Shown here: positions 58,135-64,000 of the stretch, one piece after another
How the letters are laid out: every line of letters starts with the position of its first letter
How positions within the stretch are numbered: position 1 is the first letter of the stretch
Assembly: GCA_963821525.1 (NCBI GenBank)
Contig: CAWGED010000014.1
Coordinates: 64,001 to 128,000, forward strand
DNA from: an uncultured Gemmatimonadales bacterium
GTDB lineage: Bacteria > Gemmatimonadota > Gemmatimonadetes > Gemmatimonadales > GWC2-71-9
Direction: 5' to 3'
Length of the DNA stretch: 64,000 bases
The notes under the pieces: generated by a model
Databases searched by the model: none
Told to the model about the DNA's origin: nothing
What the model saw: only the letters and a program-made list of their open reading frames with translations
Position numbers and translations under genes: made by a program

Positions 58135-60159
58135 TTACTGCGATGCGGACTGCGTGGTAGCCAGGTCCTTAACCGACCCGGCCAGGGTACGGACCTTGGA
58201 CTGATCGGTGGCGCCCGACACGTCCGCTTCGAGCTCGGTGGCGAGCTTGGTCAATGCATCCGACCGGGCCTGCCCGGTGAGCTTCTCGGCCTGATCCAGC
58301 TCGGACCTCGCGGCCGACAGCTTGGAGGAAGACAGCCCCTTGTTACGCTCCAGCTGGTCGAGATAGGCCCGGGTGACGGAGAAGCTGGCCGGCCAGGTCA
58401 GCTTGGGCTGATCCTGAACGTTCAGGTACTGCAGGTGGACCGACTTGGCGGCTTCGATCTCATTCTTGGAGATGAGACCGCTCGGGGTGAGCTCGAAGAC
58501 GTCCAGCCCGCGGGCGATCTCGGAGCTGTAGATGAAGCCGTTGTACCAGTACGCCGACCAGGATCCCGCCCCGACCATCTTGGTCGAATCCATCGGACCA
58601 CGATCGAAGTAGGCGATCTCCTTGGGATGCGCCGGATCGCTCCAGTCGAAGACCGAGATGCCGCCCTGATACCAGGCCTGAACCATGACGTCGCGGCCGG
58701 GGATCGGAATCAGCGACCCGTTGTGGGCGACGCAATTCTCGAACGGGGTCTGGGCCGCCGGCATCTTGTAGTAGCTGCCGAAGGTCAGCTTGCCGTCCTT
58801 GAGCGAGAAGATGGCGTCGGCTCCCCACTCATACTTGTCGGTGGCCCGGCAGCGAGGCTGGCCGCCGCCGCCCCATTCATCGGAGAACAGCAGCTTGGTG
58901 CCGTCGTTGTTGAACGTCGCCGAGTGCCAGAAGGAGAAGTTCGAATCGGACACCGCAAAGATCCGCTTCGGATTGGCGACGTCGTGGATATCCAGCAGAA
59001 GGCCGTAGCCGCCGCACGCGCCGCCGGCCAGTCCGATCGTTGGGTAGACCGTGATGTCGTGGCACTGGGTCGGGCCGGGCTTGGGAGCTCCCGGAACGGG
59101 AGGCGGACCGACGATCTTGGCCACGATGCCGGGGATGGCCTCGCGAAGCGCCGCGCTATCGGCACCAGTCGGTGCTCCGGTGCCCCCCCGCGCCTTCACC
59201 ACGCTGTCCAGCATTCCGTTGACGAATCCATTCGGCAGCACCATCTCCTGCCCGTTAACCATCGCCGTGAATCCGCCCTTGGCCTTGGCCTCGGCCACTG
59301 CCTTGGCCTGGGCTGCCGAATCTTCCTTGGTCTCGCCGTGACGCGGCGGTCCGACCAGTGAATCGAAAATCCTCGGCGAGCTCACAATCTTCGCGTCCTG
59401 CGGCGAAGCCAGCGGAATCTTGATGACCTCGATGCGGAAGAGCGAGCTGTTCGGATTGGAATCAGGTGGAGCGGAGATGCAGCCTGGCAGCTCGTTGGGA
59501 GACCGCACCGGAGCCGAACCGGAGACGTAGATGTAGACGTTCTCCGAGTCCTTGGGATCCGACACCACGGTATGGGTGTGCGAGCCGCGGCAGGTCTGGA
59601 CATTGGCGATGCTCTTCGGATTGGCGATGTCGCTGATGTCGAAGATTCGAATGCCGCGTAACCGCTCGGCGCTCACCGTGTCCTGCACGCCTTGCGTGCC
59701 GCAGTCCACCCGACTCCCCAGCCCTTCACCCGAGACGAACAGCAGGTTCTTGTAGACCGAGACGTCGCTCTGCGAAGCGGGGCAGAGGAAGGCATCCGCC
59801 AGGGTGGGCTGGGCCGGATTGCTCACGTTCCAGACCTGGTACCCGTTGTAGTTGCCTTGAATGACGTAATCCGCGTAGAACGTCATGTCGGAATTGGTGA
59901 CCCCCGCGAAGTGCTCCGAGGCGGGAGTGTTGGAGACCAGCTTCAGGTTCCAGGCCGCCGTGCCGGCGTCGGTCTCACCGGCCTTGAGTCCCACCCGCGG
60001 ATCGGGTTTCGGGGCTGTCGTGGACATGCCGGCGTTGGAAGCCGACGAAGAGGATCCGGCGCACGCCGAGAGAGTAACGAGGGCGAGCGTGAGCACGGCA
60101 CAGAGCAGAGCCGCGACCCGGCGAGCGCCCTGACGCCGGGATTTCGATAGACGAACCAT
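58135..60159 (-). CDS. LVIVD-repeat lipoprotein
   Basis: NSDMTF, QSDVSV, RGSHTHT, CHDI, WHSATFNNDG, NCVAHNG, SEIARGLD. Confidence 0.85.
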   Translation of the reverse strand: MVRLSKSRRQGARRVAALLCAVLTLALVTLSACAGSSSSASNAGMSTTAPKPDPRVGLKAGETDAGTAAWNLKLVSNTPASEHFAGVTNSDMTFYADYVIQGNYNGYQVWNVSNPAQPTLADAFLCPASQSDVSVYKNLLFVSGEGLGSRVDCGTQGVQDTVSAERLRGIRIFDISDIANPKSIANVQTCRGSHTHTVVSDPKDSENVYIYVSGSAPVRSPNELPGCISAPPDSNPNSSLFRIEVIKIPLASPQDAKIVSSPRIFDSLVGPPRHGETKEDSAAQAKAVAEAKAKGGFTAMVNGQEMVLPNGFVNGMLDSVVKARGGTGAPTGADSAALREAIPGIVAKIVGPPPVPGAPKPGPTQCHDITVYPTIGLAGGACGGYGLLLDIHDVANPKRIFAVSDSNFSFWHSATFNNDGTKLLFSDEWGGGGQPRCRATDKYEWGADAIFSLKDGKLTFGSYYKMPAAQTPFENCVAHNGSLIPIPGRDVMVQAWYQGGISVFDWSDPAHPKEIAYFDRGPMDSTKMVGAGSWSAYWYNGFIYSSEIARGLDVFELTPSGLISKNEIEAAKSVHLQYLNVQDQPKLTWPASFSVTRAYLDQLERNKGLSSSKLSAARSELDQAEKLTGQARSDALTKLATELEADVSGATDQSKVRTLAGSVKDLATTQSASQ

Positions 60160-60215
60160 GGAGGATTCCAGTGAGAGTGAGGAGGTCTGCAGCACGACGG
60201 GTGAAGAAAGGGTCA

Positions 60216-60896
60216 TCACGGGTTAGTCCCTCCCGGGGGGAGCGCCGCGAGCATTTTGGTCATGCGTTCGATTTCGATGGTCTGATCGGCGCTCATGTCG
60301 GAAGTGAACTTGAAAACCTGGTCATCCTGGGCCGCGCCCGGGGAGGCGTACAGCTGCTGCACCATCGTGAGCGCGCCCTGGTGATGCTGAATCATGAAGG
60401 TCAGGAAGTTCCGGTCGAAATCGACTCCCTGCGACTTGTCCAGCTGGGTCAACTGCTCAGGAGTCAGCATGCCCGGCATCATCATGCTGTGCGACATGCC
60501 CGGCATCATGTCGTGCGAGGCATCTGCCTCGGGGACCGGCTGTCCCCGCTCCCGGAGCCAGCGCTGCATGGTGGCGATCTCATCGTTCTGTCCCACCACG
60601 ATCCGCTCGCAAAGCGCGGTGAGTGACGGGCTGGCGCCGTGCGACGGAGCCCACCCGGCCATCAGTACCGCCTGTGCATGGTGGCCGATCATGCCGGTCA
60701 TGAAATGAACATCCGCCGCGGTGTAGCGCTGGCGGATGCTGTCGGAAGCTGGTTTAACCGGCGGTGCGGCGGCCTGTGATCCCGAGGATGCAGCGGGCGC
60801 GGGAGCCGGGGCCGCAGACCCGGTCCCGTGACTACAGGCCATACCGGTCAGTGCCATGAGCACCAGAGCGGTACTTCGTTGGCTCGAATTTGTCAT
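60216..60896 (-). CDS. DUF305 (ferritin-like) lipoprotein
   Basis: FMTGMIGHHAQA, MPGM, FMIQHHQGA. Confidence 0.88.
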   Translation of the reverse strand: MTNSSQRSTALVLMALTGMACSHGTGSAAPAPAPAASSGSQAAAPPVKPASDSIRQRYTAADVHFMTGMIGHHAQAVLMAGWAPSHGASPSLTALCERIVVGQNDEIATMQRWLRERGQPVPEADASHDMMPGMSHSMMMPGMLTPEQLTQLDKSQGVDFDRNFLTFMIQHHQGALTMVQQLYASPGAAQDDQVFKFTSDMSADQTIEIERMTKMLAALPPGGTNP

Positions 60897-61191
60897 GCTA
60901 TGAGTCTCCCATTGGACTGACCCGGCTCGCCGGTGGTTGCGAAGGGCTCAGGAAGGGATCTGGTTGTGGCGTGACCATATAACGCAGGGACCCACCGGGA
61001 GTTTCGGGGGAGGCAGTACCACCGCGCCTAGCCAAGAAAGTAAACGAGTGAACCAGTACTGGTAGCCATATGTACCGCGCCGCCACGCCAGAGTTCCCTC
61101 AGTGGCTCAAGGATCTGGGTCACCGCTCCAAATGACCAAGAGCTAGACATTGCAATGACTTAACCGAGCGGCCCAGCCGGCGTGCTTCCAC

Positions 61192-61218
61192 TGTCGATTT
61201 CAGGGCCCCTCATTCGAC
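61192..61218 (+). promoter_or_regulatory. ECF42-type promoter
   Basis: TGTCGA-N17-CGAC upstream of the DGPF/YciI genes. Confidence 0.65.
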
Positions 61219-61293
61219 GTGAAGGTAGAGCAGTGGATGAGCCGGTCGAGTCCGGCCACCCGGCTCCCAACCAAAACCATAGAGGAACCGACA

Positions 61294-61722
61294 ATGCGAG
61301 TCATGGTCCTGGTCAAAGCCGACAAGAAGAGTGAAGCCGGCGTCCTGCCGGATGAGAAGCTTTTGACCGAGATGGGCAAGTTCAACGAAGAGCTGGTCAA
61401 GGCCGGCATCATGCTGGAGGGGGAGGGTCTCCATCCCAGCTCCAAGGGTGCCCGGGTTCAATTCTCCGCTAACAGGCGCACCGTGATCGACGGTCCCTTC
61501 GCCGAGACGAAGGAGTTGGTCGCGGGCTACTGGATCTGGAAGGTGAAGTCGCTCCAGGAAGCGATCGATTGGGTGAAGCGTTGCCCCAACCCGACCGGAG
61601 CAGAGGGCGAAATTGAGATCCGGCCGATCTTCGAAGCGGGAGACCTTGGAGAGGGTTTCACTCCCGAGCTGAGGGAGCAGGAGCAGCGCCTGCGGGCCCA
61701 GATCGATGCCCAAAGGTCTTGA
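61294..61722 (+). CDS. YciI/DGPF family protein
   Basis: GLHPSS, IDGPFAETKELVAGYW, IEIRP. Confidence 0.9.
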   Translation: MRVMVLVKADKKSEAGVLPDEKLLTEMGKFNEELVKAGIMLEGEGLHPSSKGARVQFSANRRTVIDGPFAETKELVAGYWIWKVKSLQEAIDWVKRCPNPTGAEGEIEIRPIFEAGDLGEGFTPELREQEQRLRAQIDAQRS

Positions 61723-61763
61723 GTCAGGCCCACTCTCTTTTAACCGGAAACGGAGCAAGCACC

Positions 61764-62177
61764 GTGCGATTCATGATGCTGATGATCCCCAAGGGCTATG
61801 AGAAGGCTGCCCCCGGCACCGCTCCGGATGCGGCCGCCGTGGCCAGGATGATGAAGTACAACGAGAGTCTCCAGAAGGCCGGCGTTCTGCTCGCCCTGGA
61901 CGGTTTGCATCCTCCTTCAATGGGTGCGAGAGTCTCGTTCCCCGGTGGGAAACCCAAGGTGACCGACGGCCCCTTCACCGAGGCCAAGGAGGTGCTGGGT
62001 GGTTACTGGATGATCCAGGTCGGCTCGAAGGAGGAAGCGATCCAGTGGGCTTCACGCGTCCCGGCATCGGAGAACGAGGTGATCGAGGTCCGTCAGGTGC
62101 AGGAGCTGTCTGACTTCCCGCCCGAGGTGCAGAAAGTGGCCGCGGGATTTCCCGACATGCAGCGGAGGGGCTCGTAG
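61764..62177 (+). CDS. YciI/DGPF family protein
   Basis: TDGPFTEAKEVLGGYW, IEVRQ. Confidence 0.9.
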   Translation: MRFMMLMIPKGYEKAAPGTAPDAAAVARMMKYNESLQKAGVLLALDGLHPPSMGARVSFPGGKPKVTDGPFTEAKEVLGGYWMIQVGSKEEAIQWASRVPASENEVIEVRQVQELSDFPPEVQKVAAGFPDMQRRGS

Positions 62178-62240
62178 CCTCAGCCCCGTCCGGCGGTAAC
62201 GGCCTTGCACGGGAGAACCGGGCCGATCTGATTGGTGGCC

Positions 62241-63515
62241 ATGACGGCCACCGAGACCCATCGCACCATCAACGCGGTCTGGAGGATCGAATCCGCCCGC
62301 ATCATTGCGGGGATCGCGCGGATGGTGCGCGACGTTGGTCTGGCCGAGGACCTGGCCCAGGATGCTCTGGTGGCAGCGCTTGAGCAGTGGCCCGAGTCAG
62401 GCGTTCCGGACAACCCGGGCGCGTGGCTCATGGCGGTCGCCAAGCGACGGGCGATTGACCAGCTGCGCCGCCGGACCCGCCTCGATCGGACCGAGGCAAA
62501 GCTTGCCATCGAGGTGGAAGCTCAGATGGAACGGGCGGCCCCCGATCCCGATTCGGCGCTCGATGACGACATCGGCGACGACATGCTGCGCCTCATGTTC
62601 ACCGCCTGCCATCCGCTGCTCTCGACCGAAGCCCGAGTCGCCCTGACCCTGCGCCTGCTCGGCGGACTGACTACTCCGAGATCGCGCGGGCATTCCTGGT
62701 GCCCGAGCCGACCATCGCGCAGCGAATCGTGCGGGCCAAGCGCACGCTCGCCGAGGCCAAGGTGCCTTTCGAAGTCCCCCGGGGAAGCGAACGCGCCGAC
62801 CGCCTGGCCTCCGTTCTGGAGGTGATCTACCTGATCTTCAACGAGGGCTATACGGCCACCGCCGGGGAAGAGTGGACTCGGCCAGTGTTATGCGAGGATG
62901 CCTTGAGACTGGGCCGGATTCTGGCGGAGCTCGATCCGGCAGAGTCCGAGGTGCACGGACTCGTAGCGCTCATGGAAATTCAGGCTTCCCGCCTGCATGC
63001 GCGGACTGGTCCCGAGGGTGAGCCGATCCTGCTGCTCGATCAGAATAGGGCGCGATGGGACCAGCTCCTCATTCAGCCGAGGCCTTACGGCTCTAGAGCG
63101 GGCCGAGTCCCTCGGCGGAAACGTGGGGCCCTATGCCCTCCAGGCCGCGATCGCCGCATGCCACGCCAGGGCCCGCGAGGCCCCCGACACCGATTGGGCC
63201 CAGATCGCCTCGCTTTACGCCGCGCTTTACCGCCTCATACCGTCTCCCGTGATCGAATTGAATCGGGCCGTGGCCGTTGGAATGGCGGAGGGACCGGCGG
63301 CCGGTCTCGAGGTGGTGGACCGGCTCATGGATGAGCCGTCTCTCAAGAATTACCACCACTTGCCCGCGGTCCGGGGAGACCTGCTCGTGAAGCTGGGCCG
63401 CCTCGAGGAGGCGGGCCCGGAGTTCGAGCGAGCCGCGGCGTTGACCAGGAACGCTCGAGAGCGGGAGCTGCTGCTGGAAAGAGTGCGGGCCTGTTCGGCA
63501 GAATCCGGGAACTAA
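62241..63515 (+). CDS. ECF42-type sigma factor with C-terminal TPR-like extension; 2 frameshifts
   Basis: [48 protein letters not shown]. Confidence 0.88.
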
Positions 63516-63808
63516 CCGCCTGCCATCGCTCCAACGACCAGAAACGGCTCCTCCCCTTTCACCACCGCCTCGGGCAGGGGAGTGTCTGGGGTTTCGTGAG
63601 AGAGATCCTGCTCACAGGCGAAGAACCGGACAAAGGATCGGCGACGTTGCGTAGCCTGGTCTCGAATGGTGCCGCGAAGCACCGGGTACGAGGCCTCGAG
63701 TGCGTCGAGCACCTTCCGCTGGGTCGCCGGTTCGGCGACGCGCACGGCGACTTCGCCATCCACTTGCGCCAGGATCCGCAGATGCTGCGGTAGAATCACC
63801 CGGATCAT
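63512..63808 (-). CDS. MoaD/ThiS-like ubiquitin-fold protein
   Basis: C-terminal AMAGG. Confidence 0.85.
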   Translation of the reverse strand: MIRVILPQHLRILAQVDGEVAVRVAEPATQRKVLDALEASYPVLRGTIRDQATQRRRSFVRFFACEQDLSHETPDTPLPEAVVKGEEPFLVVGAMAGG

Positions 63809-64000
63809 GAGAGGGTCTGAACCTCGACCGAGAGTACCGGCGGGAGGTCCCGCACGATAGGCGCCCAGGTATCACCTGCGTCGGGAGAGGCGTAGACCTG
63901 TCCGCCGGTAGTGCCGAAATAGATTCCGCAGGAATCCAGCGAATCCACCGCCATCGCGTCGCGCAGTACGTTCACGTAGCAATCGCTCTGTGGCAGTCCC
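63805..64000 (-). CDS. BNR/sialidase-like beta-propeller protein (3' end only)
   Basis: Manual translation: [16 protein letters not shown]...[19 protein letters not shown]...[14 protein letters not shown]. Confidence 0.8.
   Translation of the reverse strand, partial: GLPQSDCYVNVLRDAMAVDSLDSCGIYFGTTGGQVYASPDAGDTWAPIVRDLPPVLSVEVQTLS

Noticed and set aside
1784..59361. Long antisense ORFs such as 1784-2647, 6389-7603, 15850-17169 and 58132-59361
   Set aside because: Shadow frames of real genes in high-GC DNA, with no recognisable motifs
18553..60896. Integron attC sites
   Set aside because: No recurring RYYYAAC...GTTRRRY sites after genes; the 29535 element has the opposite order (GTTAGC...GCTAAC)
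60900..61190. Short palindromes ACCAGTACTGGT and CATTGCAATG as operators
   Set aside because: Single occurrences with no identifiable cognate regulator
1106..63515. Many frameshifted genes as pseudogenes or programmed frameshifts
   Set aside because: They hit core genes (guaA, purK) at scattered sites, often in short G/C runs, with otherwise intact sequence; best explained as long-read indel errors

Overview
GC-rich bacterial chromosomal window. Gene content and style suggest Gemmatimonadota (inference). Scattered single-base indels break many ordinary genes (guaA, purK, RND permease, kinase, ECF sigma), which points to an error-prone long-read assembly. Bases 1-18.5 kb hold housekeeping and transport genes: lysA, guaA, PTS IIA, dusB-larB-corA-diguanylate cyclase, tmRNA, a TolC/MFP/RND efflux operon, purE/purK and an OmpR-type two-component system. 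Bases 18.5-61 kb are an almost unidirectional minus-strand run of more than 60 short stress, detoxification and unknown genes. The window ends with a YciI-YciI-ECF42 locus and a MoaD/BNR pair. No integrase, transposase, CRISPR array, rRNA or tRNA was found. Most notable: (1) an orphan MerB-like lyase whose second catalytic Cys position is an in-frame UGA followed by a SECIS-like hairpin (likely selenoprotein); (2) about 14 intergenic arrays of different 7-nt tandem repeats, often as inverted arms at gene 3' ends, plus a 9-mer MITE-like element; (3) three identical 16-bp operator-like boxes at fixed spacing from -10 hexamers, linking an Ada-AlkA gene to a HAF-repeat lipoprotein and a DUF4440 protein; (4) a shared GTCAT-N6-GTCAT box in front of both the two-component system and the distant efflux operon.
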